Shown piece by piece: positions 10,751 through 23,590 of a stretch of DNA of 64,000 bases. Source of the stretch: Lama glama (lineage: Eukaryota); assembly GCA_028534125.1 (NCBI GenBank), contig CM052818.1, positions 26,228,001-26,292,000 of the forward strand, written 5' to 3'. The stretch's first letter is position 1. Each line of letters opens with the position of its first letter. Made by a program: the position numbers and the translations under genes. The notes under the pieces are model-generated. The model was not told the origin of the DNA, ran no database searches, and worked only from the letters and a program-made list of their open reading frames with translations.

Positions 10751-12549
10751 AATCCAGTCAGAAAGATTCGGCCAGAGTAAAATAAATACTTGTGTTTTGG
10801 GGATCAGTGATGGTTTATATTTTTATTTAAAACTTCTTTTAATGATAAAACAATATTTATAAATCAATAGAAAAATAAATTTTGGATAATGCCCACTATT
10901 GACCAGCAACCTCACTATTATCCACCTGCCAAGTCTGGAGGCGATGTCTGACTGGTAAGGTCAGACCCCAGGCAGGAGCTGGGGGCATCGTTGGTCACCC
11001 CTCTGTGGACACTCACCTGCTAGAACCCAGAAGGGGCTCAAAACTGGTGAGCTACAGAGTTTTCTTCTTCCACTCTCCTCCACCTCCCTCTGTCTGTCTT
11101 TTGCTCACTCTCTGTCTTTGCACAATCACTGCTCGTCTGCCCTTGATAAGCCCAGCTGTGTGCTGAGTGTCAGGGCATATGAAAAGGAAATGAAGTCTCT
11201 GCCTTCCAGGGTTGCCCCAAAGTGAGATTCCAGCCACAGCCACCGCTGTGAGAGGGTGGGAGAGGTGGAAAGAGTGGGCAGAAGCAGGACTAGCTGGGAA
11301 TGTCTCTGGCTGTAATGCCTGGGCTTGGATGCCACCACTTCAGTGAGTGGGGCGGCCTGGGCCCAGAACCTCATCTTCCACTCAGCTTAGGAGCCTCAGA
11401 GGCCTTTGGAGAGGTTAACCGAGGTGCCTGTTATGTAACCAGGACCACTGCCTCTCAGGGAGTTCACAGCAGGACACCCACATACTGTCAGGGTTTGCTC
11501 TGTGGCGACTTCCAAATTAGGAAGCTCAACTAGCCTGGAAACCCAGGAATGCAGGAGGAGAAAAAGGCACGTTCCAAAGAGGGGGCTGAGCTAATGTTGC
11601 CCCGCAGCCTGGAAAGGAAGAGACGCAGTTTCTCTCTCTGCCCAGCATTCTGATCACCTCCTCCTCTGGGGCAGAAGGGAGTTTTATTCCTTAAAACTCA
11701 TTTGGTTTTATTTTTGACAATAAATGCATTTATCTCTATGAAAGCATCAGAAAAGAACATTTGTAGCTTCATGAATTCTAACTCCGTTCATAGTCTATGA
11801 CAGAGCATGATTCACTTTTAGGTCATCAATGCCAATAAGCAAACAGTAATGGGTCTGATTTTCATTTGGTGTCAGGGACCCAGGCTCAGGCAATCCTGGC
11901 CAATGATTATCACTTATGGTAGAATTTAGAAGGAAAATTGTGATTGATGAACCCACTTTTGGCTTTTGGGTCTCAAAATGTGCATGAGCATATTTTTACA
12001 TGAAGGCTCAAATACAAACAGGCTCTGGTTTCTTGGTTTAAGTTTTACGGTGACTAGCAGGTTAGAGGGGTGAGGAGCAGGAAGGCAGGGCAAGGCGCTA
12101 TCTGTCCTGAAGCCAGATGGGAAGAGGTGCAACTTGTTGGATCACAGGCCCCCAGGCAAGTTGTCTCATCTCTCCTGCCATCTTCCTGTCTTGCTTGGTG
12201 TCCTGGCTACGCCCCCTGCCTTGGCCCCCAGGCTCTGTAAGGGTGTTTGTGCAGGCACAGTGTCTGTTCTCTGTATCCTTGGGTCCCCTGAGAAACGATT
12301 AATTGCTCACCAGAGGTAAGAAGTACAATATCTCTGAAGAATCTGGGGGAAATTCCCTGACACCTGTTGCCACGCCACCAGGCCGTTTTCCAGCCCACAA
12401 TTTCTCCCTTGATTGAACTGCTACAGACCCAGCCTGCAGACCCCTGCCCCACGTAATGCAGCTGCTCAGACCGGGACACAGGAAGCAGGCAGAAGGTGGG
12501 GGCAGTCAGCAGCCCAGCTCTCCCAGCTGACGCCAAAAGGGAGTCGCCC

Positions 12550-12655
12550 ATGCGATACTGTGCTGAGTAACAATACTGTACTGTATGTCTAAACCCTTGT
12601 TAAGAGGGTAGATCTCATGTCGTGTTCTTATCACAATGAAATAAACATTTTAAAA
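12550..12655 (+). mobile_element. Short L1 (L1MA-like) 3' end with TSD
   Basis: aacaatactgtactgtatgtctaaacccttgttaagagggtagatctcatg...ttcttatcacaat; aaaagggagtc at 12535-12545 and 12652-12662. Confidence 0.8.
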
Positions 12656-12884
12656 GGGAGTCAGTCAATCAAGCTGCCTTTGGTTGCTTTAGTTACAGGA
12701 AGAAAAGAAGAGATAGAGAAACTGAGGGCCAGAGGGGCAGCGACCTGCCTGAAGCAGGTGGTGGCAGGCCTAGAGCATCACCCCTGCTCCCACTAATGGC
12801 TGCCACTAAAACCTGGCAGGGCTGATGTGGGGTGTTTGTCCAAATTGCTTCCTGGGCCTTTTGTTAATTTACTGATTCACAACA

Positions 12885-13480
12885 TCTTTCATCTAGTAAA
12901 TATTTATTGGTCATTTAAGCGCCAGACCCAATGGTTAAAAAACCCGGCAGAGTGCCTCGTGGGACTTACTGTCTAGCTGGAAACAGAGACAAGCATCAGG
13001 CGATGGGGTTGCATTTCGGTGAGGTCTCCCGCTAGGGGTGCTCAGGATGCTGTCGAAGGAGCATCCAGCCTCACTTGGCCTGGGGGCGGGATGGGGGAGT
13101 ACAGACGTGGAATGGGTGTCAGTCGGGCAAACTGCAGGTTTAGGGGGAGAAGAATTTGGTGAGGGTGCTCTGAGCTGAGGGGACAGCAAGCTCACAGCAA
13201 CCCCCTGCAGGTAGGAGAAAGTAGGATGGATTCCCAGAGCTGGGTAAGCCTTGGGCCTGAGGCACAAGGTGTAGGGAGAGACTGAGAGCTAGCAGACTGA
13301 TCATGAGGACTTCAAAGTCAGGCTGTTCCCAGGGCCTTGGCGAACCATCACAGGTTTCAAGCGAGTTGCAATGTGATTAGATTTGTGGCTGGAAATGCTC
13401 CTTCTGACTGCAGAATGCAGACTGGGTTGGGGGAGGGTGGGAGTGGAAGCCAGCAGACTGGATTGGAGGGCGTGCGGCTC
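12885..13480 (-). mobile_element. L2 LINE fragment
   Basis: L2 tail tcatctagtaaatatttattg; later gcgaaccatcacaggtttcaagc...gtgattagatttgtggctggaaatgctccttctgactgcag. Confidence 0.6.
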
Positions 13481-16129
13481 TGGAGGAGAGCATGAGTGGG
13501 AGAAACTGGGCTCCAGGCAGCTGCTCACGGCACCCACCTTGACTCCCTTCTGCTTGCATCCAGCTGGCCTCCCAGGTGCTCCACAGCCAGGCCATCACTT
13601 GCACTGCCGGGAGTGCCGAAATCCTGGTGAAATGTTCTGTGACCTCCTCTGGGCCTACATGGGGCTCGGGGCTTGGAGCAGAGGAGGGGAAGCAAGAGAA
13701 CAGGGCTGAGTGGACAGAGGAGCAGAGCAATTTCTGGAAGGGCCGTGCTCACCAGGCCCTGGCAGACGGTCCTGTGGGCCTGTGGGTGGCGAGGCTCTTG
13801 CCACTTGTTTTCCATTTCCAGATAGCCTTTCTCAATATCATTCTTATCTCAGGAAATGAGTTTGAAGTTTCACAGACACTCGGAGCCCAGGATGGCAGAA
13901 TAGCCTTTGCTGTGTCTGAAAGGGCCGCTTGCTGGTCCTAATGGTCCAAGTGGCTGTCAGGCCCTCCTAGTAGATTCAGGCACTCAGTGGCCATGGCACC
14001 TGGGCCAAGTCATTGAACTTGCCTGAACCCCTTCCTCTTCCAGAGATAGTAGAGACTTATCTATAAATTGTTCCCAGAGCATCCGTACAGAGAGGTGCTC
14101 CAAGCGCTTAGGGACATTAAAGCTGCCTGATGGGAAGGGAGGAACGAGAAGAAGGCGGTAAGTGAGGCTTTACTGACCATCCTGACTGTCTTCCAGCTGC
14201 AGCACCTGACCCACCTTCCACATTACTTTGTTGGCTTAAGACATCTGTAGACAGAGTAAATAAAACAGGAGGGTTATTGTCCAACAGATTTGTTTTCCTG
14301 TTGCAGACTCTGAAGGAGGAAACATTTTTGCTCCCTGGCTGTGCCGTCCATCCTCACTGGGCCCAAGATGACTGTTTTCCCTTCGGTGGCTCTTGCCCTC
14401 AGAGAGGCTGCCTGCCATCCCACCCTGACATGTGCCCTGACGGTGTCAAAGAAGCTGCCCATGCTGGACCCCGCACACCAGAGCTGCAACGCCTTTCCTG
14501 GATCTCGACGCCACTGCCTGGCTGTGAGCCAACATTTCCTTTTATAAATAGTCTATTTACAGCAAGATTTGACCAGAAGATGCCTCATATGCATAATGCA
14601 GGTTCCGGTGCAAATGACAGAAGTAGGAAAGCAGCCTTGGGGGTCCCAGGGATGGGCTGCCACCAGGAGCCCCTGCTACCCTGTATGTGGCATCTAACTC
14701 AGCCTTGGAAGCCCTGTTACTAGCTCCTGCCCCTGAACAGCCCAGCAGCTCCAACAATAGGCATCACTCCTGCCAAGGAAAGCTGGCCCAGATCCTGGAG
14801 GGCAACACCCGTGGCTCTGTAACACACAGCACACCCACTGCACTGCTGGAGGTTTGCCCTGCCCTGGGCACAAGACTTGTATGCTGATTTAAGTGGGATA
14901 AAACTCTGTAATCCAGTCCTGAACTGCGTGGTAGGGGCTGCAATGGTCCAAAGAGCACCAAGAAGGGGAGGGTGACATAGGCAGGAATGCTGTGGGCCTT
15001 GTGGGGTCCGGAGGGCTCAGCCTCTCGGTGGCCTGTGCAAGAAGAGTTTTGAGTCTGTCCTCAAATGCGGTTCTTTTGTCTCTTTTGAATCACCATTTCG
15101 TAGGCTCTAAGGCAGGTGGTACTCACTGCCGAGCCATTGCGTCTCAACTTCGTCACTGAGCCGACATTCATTGGTCACTAACTCTGTGCTCAGCCCTGGC
15201 CGGGTGATGGGGAAATAGAAGGACAAAAGGCGTGGTGCCTTCCTTCAAGGAGTTCACCTTGAGGCTTGAGGCTTTGAGGCTCAGGGACAGTGATGCTTGC
15301 TAAACTTTGGTCCCAGTGCACTGCCCCCAGCCAGCCAATCTCATGACCAAAGTTAACCCCACCAAATTGTTCCAATGACCCTTTGTACAGAGAATAAGAG
15401 CTCTGGATAGAATTGAATGACACAATGTGAATCTTTTTATAATCTGTTGACAGTAAGCTTCTTTGGACATCTTTTCCACATGGAAGGATAAAGAAGCCAC
15501 TTTGATCCCTCCTACCACCTCCTACCTACTACCATGCTACCCGCCACAGGAGGCTTGTGCCTGAATTCTGGCTCTGCCTCTTCCAGTCTCGGGCAGGTCA
15601 CTCCTGTTCTGTGCCTCAGTTCCACCAATCAGAGATAAAACATAACAACAAAAAACCCTAAACAGCAAAAATAAAAAATACATACTGCAACAGCAAGGTA
15701 TTAAGTGCAAATAGCATCCTAATACGGGAGAACCTGTGTAAACTTACCACAGTGCGACAGGGTAACCAAGTTGTATGGTAGAGGTCCCAGCCATATCATA
15801 AATGCCTGAGAATGTTCGTTTCTGATGTTCCCCAACCCAGCAGCTGCTCAATAAATTCAGTTTTGATGCTTAGTGGTGAGTGCCGTGGCTTGGCCCCTGT
15901 GAAGCAGATTCTGATTTTAGCATGTCCAATGTTTATTTGGGCGTTTGTTTTTGGAACAAACCCCTGCTGCAGGGAGGGAAAGGAGGCAGGAGTGGCCAGA
16001 GGGGTACGTCGTGCTGCAGGGCAGGCCCAGGACAGCCTCAGCAGACCCCACAGGCTCTGCAGTGAGAAGCCTCTTCAGCTCATCCCGTGGTGTGCCGACA
16101 CGGCCAGGTCTTCATAGACCTGCTCAGGT

Positions 16130-16250
16130 CTATTGTTTTATTCTCTTTTTGTTATATTTTACTTCCAATTGGAGAAACTGAGGTATAGAGCAGAGGTAAT
16201 ATGCCCAGTACTAGAAGAGGTAGGACCAGGCCTCAAACCTAGACCCAGTA
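16130..16250 (-). mobile_element. MIR fragment
   Basis: ggagaaactgaggtatagag...ggaccaggcctcaaacctaga. Confidence 0.6.
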
Positions 16251-16354
16251 TCCTGTGTCATGTGACGTGGTGAGTAGGAAGTTGGGGGAAATGAATGAAA
16301 GGCCATCTGTGTGGCCCGGGATGGGGTCTACCACAAAGTACCTTAATCTTTTCT

Positions 16355-16460
16355 TTATCCAGTCATTTATTCAATAAATATGTCATATGCTTACTTTTCT
16401 ACAGGCACTGGTGGTTACAAAATGGATAAGTCACCATCCCTGTCCTTCATGAGTTCGTAT
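16355..16460 (-). mobile_element. L2 3' end
   Basis: catttattcaataaatatgtcatatgcttac...caggcactg...ccctgtccttcatgagt. Confidence 0.65.
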
Positions 16461-16544
16461 TTTCCCCCTCTGTTACAGTTATAGACTTATTTTTCCACGA
16501 AGTTTATTTAGAGTATCTGCAAAGTCAACAAACGCTTCTTATCC

Positions 16545-16676
16545 TTTAATGTGCTTGAGACTCTCCCAGGATCTTGTTAACATGCAGCCTCTCTGTCAGT
16601 AGTTTCTGGGTGGGCCTGAGGCTCTGCATCAGGAATGTGATGCTGTTGGTCCTGGACCACTTTGGGAAACTACAGT
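16545..16676. mobile_element. MER5A-like hAT-Charlie DNA transposon remnant
   Basis: ggatcttgttaacatgcag...ctgggtgggcctgaggctctgcat...tgatgctgttggtcctggaccactttggg. Confidence 0.7.
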
Positions 16677-16789
16677 GTGCTCTTCAGAAGCACTTTCTGC
16701 TTTGGTCTCCTTAAGTCAATCCCACCACAAACTCTCCTCCTGGCTGAAATTTTAGTCCAGCTGCAGCGTATCAGAGGGATTTTGTCCAC

Positions 16790-17025
16790 TGGTAGTGTAG
16801 CATCGTGGCTAAGAGTATTTGTTTGGATATCAAGCCAAGCCAGCCTTGAGTCTTGGTTTTGCTTCACACATGGAATTTGGGGAACTGACTTAAGCTTGCT
16901 AAGCTTCAGGTTTTTCATTGGTGATGGAAATGATAATATTAGTATTTACCTTACAGATTGTTGTGGAAATCAAATGTGCAAATGCATGTGTAGTGTTGAG
17001 CACAATTCCTCATACACAGTAAGAA
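16790..17025 (+). mobile_element. MIR SINE
   Basis: gtagtgtagcatcgtggctaagag...tatttaccttacagattgttgtggaaatcaaatg. Confidence 0.75.
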
Positions 17026-18259
17026 TCCTGTAAATTTTTAAAAATGATAAAATGCCAGTCTTTTTTTGGCTACCTATAAGATGTGGATCTTAAGTCGATC
17101 GGTCTATCCATAGCTCAAGAATGATTTGGATTCCTTGGAGGAGCTATAACATGATTTCCAAGGCCATAGGGTATTGTAAGAGAGAAAGGGTCCTTGATAA
17201 TCTTGGTCCTGGCTGCTGCAGAGGGCCAGGACAGCGGCCTGCTACCCAGGGTGTGTCTTGTGGATGCCTCTGAAGGGATCTATGCCAAGAGAAATGGCAT
17301 CGTTTAACGAATGACCTCCTGCTGTTGGTTCTTCTGAGGAGATGTCGGTACTAGATGGGCCTCCTGGGAGCCCAACCATGAGTGAGTCGGGGGTTTCCCG
17401 AGCCCTTTCTATAGTTTCTACGATGGTGCTAAATGTTACTGCCGCTACTCTGACTGTCAGGGGAGGTGCCTAGGCTTCCTATCTGTGAAAAATATTTAAT
17501 TCTGGATCCTGACTAATGACAGAAACTGGACCTGGCCACTGAATTTGCCTCAGGATGGCAAGACTGGGACCAGAGAGGGTCCCAATGGAATCCATTCATT
17601 GTGCTGGGCCAAGGTCAGTAGGAAAAAGAGGAAGTTATCCCAAATTAGTGTACAGCTCCTTCCCTTGCTGTTGAAATGCTGCCTTCCACTATGTTTAAAT
17701 GAAATTTCTTTGGTTTTTTTTCAGTACAGGGGCTGTTGCTGATGCTGCTAAATTACAGTTTGTGTATGTGCATGCTTTTTCCCACATGTGTAGGTGACAA
17801 ACATGACACTAATTTAACATTTGGTGTATCTCCAAGCATACTGAAGCTAATCTCAGGGAGGATCTATGATGCAGGGGAGTGGCTGATGCTAATTCATAGG
17901 TTTCATCTGCATTTGTCTCAGTAAGGAAGTAGGCTGCCATAGTAACACATTTGGGGGGGGTTATTTCATAGAGAAAGTAGAAAATTGCCTTGTGAAGATA
18001 GTTTTACCCAGTAATTATGCACAGAATTTCAGATGCTCAAACTCACTGTTTGTGGGGTTTATATTAATGGCTTTGAAAAGTTAAAAAAAAATAAGTATTT
18101 CACTCTCCCTCTACCAAAGTAAGCAAATAGCAGCAGGAAGGGACCAAACTAAGAAAGACAAATCATTTCAAAATCTTTAAATAGGGAAAAAGAACTTTTA
18201 AACTCATGGCCCAGAACCTCAAGAAACAAGATTTAACAAATTTAAGGAGCACAAATTTA

Positions 18260-18520
18260 AGGACACTGGACACACAAGAGAGGAAAAGCAAAGAAAGGCT
18301 CTGACCTCAGGGAGTGTCTTGGGGGTTAGGACATAGATGAGGAACAATTCGGCAAATATGTTAATTAAATAATATCACATCCTGATTAGGACTGTAAAGG
18401 CAGTAACAGGAAACGTGCTGAAGGATGACCCCGGGCTCCACCTACTTTGGCTAAAGTGGCTAAGACAGACCTTCCTGAAAAAGTGACATTTAAGCTAGAC
18501 TGTAGGATGAGAAGGAACAA
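18260..18520 (-). mobile_element. L2 fragment
   Basis: agaccttcctgaaaaagtgacatttaagctagactgtaggatgagaagga reads as antisense L2. Confidence 0.65.
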
Positions 18521-19039
18521 GGGCATGCTCTCTTTCTCTAACAATTAGTTAAAGTTAATGAGAGGGCAGAATAGATAACTTACCCTTCCTTGGCCAAGCC
18601 AATTTTCCATCTACTCCTCAGTGCCAGGGAGCTGACATTTAAAGGATTTGTACAGGAGCTTTCTTAACCCCAAGTCCTGTGTGATGGGATGACCCCTTCT
18701 CAGCAGAGGAAAGCAGTTCTGGAGGTTAAGAAATTTTGCCAGAGTTGTACAAGGAGTATAACAGCCTTCGTTGAAGAGTGCTGCATCAGGAAAATAAAAG
18801 CATTGACTGCTTTTATTTTTCCAAGTAACTGATAAAAACTTTTTTCTTTTGACCAGGGCCCACCTTGCACACACTAGCTGTAGGTGGGGATGGGGAGATG
18901 TAAGATAGAATTTTAAAGGTATCCAAATGCATCTAAATACATCTAGCTTGACTCAGCAATTAGTAGTCTGATCTGGTATTAAATTTTTGGTCTCATCTTT
19001 CTACATCCCTCCCTATTCCTAGCTCCTGCTGAGGGTAGA

Positions 19040-19960
19040 GCAAAGTTGGTAGGAAAGATCAAGAGGGCAGTTTTGGACAAGATATGTTTGACATGTCTAT
19101 TGGACAACCTATCGGAGATGCTGAGTTGGCAGTTTGACATACGAATTTGGAATTTAGAAAAAAGATACAAGCTAGAAATATACACCTGGAAGTTGTCAGC
19201 CTATAAATGGCATTTAAAGTCTTGAGACTGGAATGAGCTCATCCATAGACTGAGTGTGGCTAGAAAAGAGACATCCAAATACTGAACTATGGGGTACTCG
19301 AGAGTTTGGGGAGAAAATGAAGAATCAGCAAAGGAGCCTGAAAAAAATGCTGATGAGAAAGAAGGAAAACAAAGAAAATGTGGAGTCCTGAACACCACTA
19401 GATGTAAAGATTTCCAGGAGAAGGGAATGGTCTACAACATCAAATTCTGCTACTGGATCAAGTAAGATGCTGACTGAGAACTGAATCAGCAATGTGGATG
19501 TCATTGGTGACCTTGAAAAGAGTGCTTTTGGTGAAACAGTGAGGACAAAGGCTGACTGAAATGGGCATAAAAAAGAAATGGAAAGAGGAATTGGAGGCAG
19601 AAACTTTGAGAAGTTTTCTGTAAAGAGAGCAGAAAAGTGGGGCAGTAGTTGAATGGGAAGAGGAATCAAGTTTTGTTTTGTTTTTTTTTTTAAGATAGGA
19701 GAAATAACAGTATATGTATTCTGATAAGAGTAGCCCAGGAAAAAGAGAAAATTTGGTCAAGATACAGAGAGGAGAATTACTGGAGTGATGTTCTTGAATA
19801 GGTGATAGGGAATGGGAGCTAGTGAGCAAATGGAGGAATTGGTCTTTTGACACAAATGGTTCATCCACAGAAATAGGAGGGAGGGTAGCGGGTAGTTGCT
19901 AGTAGGTGAGTACGTGTAGAATGGAAGTTTTTGAAATTTCTCTTATGTCTGCTTCAATTT
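19040..19960 (-). mobile_element. L2 LINE with degenerate reverse transcriptase segment
   Basis: Minus-strand ORF ...PFQSAF...LLDPVAEFDVVDHSLLLEIFTSSGVQDSTFSLFSFFL resembles the L2/CR1-clade RT motif DLSAAFDTVDHSLLL. Confidence 0.9.
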
Positions 19961-20519
19961 TCAACATAGAATGAGAGCTACTTAGGTACAAGAATAAAGA
20001 GAAAATTAAAACCTGGGAAAGCAGGCTTGTATGTTAGTGCTGTAGCCACCATGAGAAGGGCATGGTAGTTGGTCAGGCACAGCCTTAGGTTGGACTTTAA
20101 TAGCTGTGAAGGGACAGAGACAAGATTATGGGCTAACATAAGGAGCTGAGATGTCTGCATAAAGCCCAGACTCTTAAAGGGTATCAGAATTTGGACTAAA
20201 ACATATTCTGCCCAAGGAGACCATAGGTATTCTATGCTTAGGCACTTGGTGAATAAAAGCACTTAGAGAAATGGAAACCCCTGGCCTGAGCTCCTGGCAA
20301 ATTAATGGTTCAAATATATGCAACCCTCATTGGCCAGAAATGGTAAAGCCAGAGCCAGTGATGCCTATGGGACACCTGTAGAAGCAAATGAAATGCAAAT
20401 TATACCCTACTCCCCATCACATCCCCCTGTAGGGCTGCTCCCACAATCAAGATGGCAGATAATTCTTACAGAAAAACAATTTCTACTAAGAATAAACTCA
20501 CTGTAAGTTATAAAATACA

Positions 20520-21330
20520 TGGGATAAAAAAATCCAGCATGAATGAGAATAAGAAGATCTAGTTAATAAAATACTTCAGATAATAGAACAACTGCCTAGA
20601 GACTTTAAAAGACATGAATTTAAATGATTAAGAGCATAAAAGAAGAAATCAGAGGCATAATAAAAGAACAACAAAATAAAAATAGAATTTCCAGAAGTAA
20701 AAATATCATTACTATCAAAATCTCAAAAAGAAATAAAACAACAGATTAGATACAGGTGAAGAGGGAATCAGAAAATTAGAAGATCTCTCTGAGGAGAATT
20801 AATATAGAGACATAAAGAAACTGAAACTATGAAATAGATGTGAAAAGTGTGAAGGAAAAAAAGAAAATCCAACCTATGCCTAAAAGGAGTTTAAGAAGAA
20901 GAAAAGGAAAAGGAATGAAGGGAAAGTCAATATTAAAGAAAAATCAATGACTGGGAATTTCCATAATTGATGACATGAGTCTTCAGAGATAAGAAGTCAA
21001 ATTCACATGTAGAGGCATCAGGGTGGAAATGCAGAACATTAATAAGGAAGAGAAGATCCTAAAAGAAACCCAAGATGAGAGACCATTTATCTAAAAAGAA
21101 ATTTATTTAGACTTAGACTTCTCAACAGCCACAATGGAGACAGAAGACAGTGGAGTAATACATCAATGTGCTGAGCAAAAATTAAAATCATATTAGAATT
21201 CTACAGCTAGCCAAATTATCACTCAAGAGTGAGAGTATGGACATGGGCATTTCCAGATAAAAACAGAAAGAGTTTACTGTTTATAGGGTATTGCTAAAAG
21301 AACTACTAAAGATATGCTCCAGAAAGAAGG
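20520..21330 (+). mobile_element. Ancient L1 (L1M/L1ME-like) ORF1 region
   Basis: A-rich; aacagattagatacaggtgaagagggaatcagaaaattagaaga; agacttctcaacagccacaatggagacagaagacagtggagt; tagaattctacagctagccaaattatc. Confidence 0.8.
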
Positions 21331-22489
21331 TGTGGGGTCTGCTTTATTATTTTTTTTTTGGTATATTTCTGGCTTTCTGATATGTTTCAAAAGTAAAATG
21401 AAAATTCCTTACCTATTTATGTATCTAAATCTATCTAAAGTAATATAGCTTCTAGCTGCTGCCTTCATTGATCTCCAAAACATGAAGTCTTGGACTTCAG
21501 TTAATTCTGAATATTTTTTCCTTATTTACAGAAGGATTGGTTTTAATCAGAATGGCCTGAGATTTAAAAAAAAAGAAAAGGAAAGAAAAAGGAAGAGGAA
21601 AAAAAGAACCTGGGAATATATCTGTAGAGAATTACTCTGGTCAAAGTTTGTGAGTCTCAAAACTTTAGAAAGATATACTTTCAGAGGCAACCTCTGGCTG
21701 AAAACCAAAGACCATTATCAAAAAATTATTGAAATTCTCTGCAAGCAGGTGAATCATCCATTAAGAAGGCAGCCAAAGACTCAGGAGACCTTGTCAATGT
21801 AGATGAATTAGCTGCAAAGAATGCTAAGCCTTTGGTTCACATATTTTATTTCTCTGACTAGATACTTCTCTGGGGGTAGAGGGAAGTACCTTTATGGGAT
21901 AGTAAAAGTTTGTAAACATATGAAATTAATGAGACATTCCTAAGGAAAATGTAAAAGAAAACTTTTTGTGTGGAAAATAGGAAGAGAGGCTATAAAAATG
22001 ATGGATGCTGGGAAACTGATGTTTAAAAAAAAAACCTGTAAGTGATGTAAAGGTACCAATAAAGAGAACAGTACCATACTGGGAGATGAAATGTGGCAAT
22101 AAAAATCTCTATTTGGGAAAGGAGCTTTCCACGGAGAATCTGTAATTCTATCATTTGGCATATGTTGGAGCCCTCTTTTTGGTTGCCAGTAAAGATGCTT
22201 AAATCACAATTTTTATAGTTTCCTTCAATGGAACTTCAGGAAAACAGCCAAATTTGCATTATTGAATATGGACCCAAATCTGATAGGCTGAGTCATGCAC
22301 TATATTGGGACTCAAATTCTCAATTTGGCTCCTTCTTTAGGTTCTTGGGTCCATCTTTCATTCAGGGAAGATTTATTGAGCCTGACTCTGTGCCAAGCAG
22401 TGCACAAGGTGTCCAGCAGTCCTATTTCAGTTCTCTAGCAATTATTTCCCAACTATTCTCTCTCCCAAGCTTCCAATTCTTTATCTATC

Positions 22490-23065
22490 CTCCTCTCTCT
22501 CAGCCAACAATCTTTCTCCTCATCTCATTGAGAAAACAAGAGTTAGCAGAAGAGAACTTTGACAGTTTCTGCTGCCTGTATCTGTATAACAATACTCAGC
22601 CTGCCCTCTAGTTACAATGAATTAACTGCCTGGGCTCCTACCTGGGACTAAACCCTCTGGAGGGTCCCTGGATGCCTTCTCCTCTCATCAACTCCATCCA
22701 GAACTCTCTGTATTGGGATCATTTCCAGCTTCTGGAATGCCCCAGTACTCAGTCCTGGGAACTCTTCACTAAGCATGTGCCTTCCCTAGGTTATCTTATA
22801 TAGTTCCATGACTTTAGATACCATCTCTCCATCAATAATTTCCAAATTTGTATATCCAGCATGACCTCTCTCTTGAGCCACAGACTTTATTCACTTTCCC
22901 ACTTGACATATCCACTTGAATATCCAATATGAAGGTCAAACTTTACATTTCCAAATACCAATACTTTATTTCCACCCTCACCCCCAATCTACTTCTCCTT
23001 CTGTCTTCTCCACCTCATTTAATGGTGGCTGCTTCCTATTAGTTGTTTAGGTCAAAAATCTTGTA
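22490..23065 (+). mobile_element. L2 LINE fragment
   Basis: ccatgactttagataccatctc...tccaaatttgtatatccagcatgacctctctcttgagccacagac...cttgacatatccacttgaatatcc. Confidence 0.8.
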
Positions 23066-23069
23066 CTAC

Positions 23070-23290
23070 TATGTAGTGTAAAAGAAAGTGGCCTGAGATT
23101 TAGGTGAGCTGGTTTCTCGTCTGAGGTCCACCATGAAAGACAATGTGTTGTCTATTGGCTGTTGGCTGACCTCTCTGGGGAGGCTCCTCTCCCCTCCCAG
23201 TTCCTTCCTCTGTAAAATGAGGAGGCTCAGTAGTGCTGCCACTGGGAAATCAATCAGATGTTCTGAGTTAGCACCCCTTACAATAAATAT
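23070..23290 (+). mobile_element. MIR SINE
   Basis: tgacctctctggggaggctcctctcccctcccagttccttcctctgtaaaatgagg. Confidence 0.6.
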
Positions 23291-23439
23291 ATGTCAAACA
23301 TCTACCACATCCAAGTCACTATGTTAATGACAATGAGAAACAATAGGCACTCTTTACTCTCATTTCATACCTCATAAGGAACAGAAGATCTTGCATATTA
23401 GAATTTAAATCAATATATATTTTTTAAAGATGTAGTATA

Positions 23440-23590
23440 GTTTTGTACCATACCCTCATCTTCAGATGAGGAAACTGAGCTAATGTTCAGAGAAGTGAAG
23501 TGACTCCACTTATGAGTACACCACAGCTATTAGGTAGTGGATTTGGGACTTTCTCAAAAGGCTAAGTTTGATTACTCCAAAGATAGAATT
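23440..23590 (-). mobile_element. MIR SINE
   Basis: catcttcagatgaggaaactgagc...cagagaagtgaagtgact...acagctattaggtagtgga. Confidence 0.7.

Noticed and set aside
13301..13941. Stack of overlapping ORFs on both strands
   Set aside because: Expected in GC-richer sequence with few stops; partly L2; no recognisable protein
19325..19868. ORFs with reverse-transcriptase-like motifs as an active element or retron
   Set aside because: Frameshifted ancient L2 RT remnant
21482..21802. 106-aa ORF with a basic NLS-like run
   Set aside because: The K/R run comes from a low-complexity A/G tract; nothing else is recognisable
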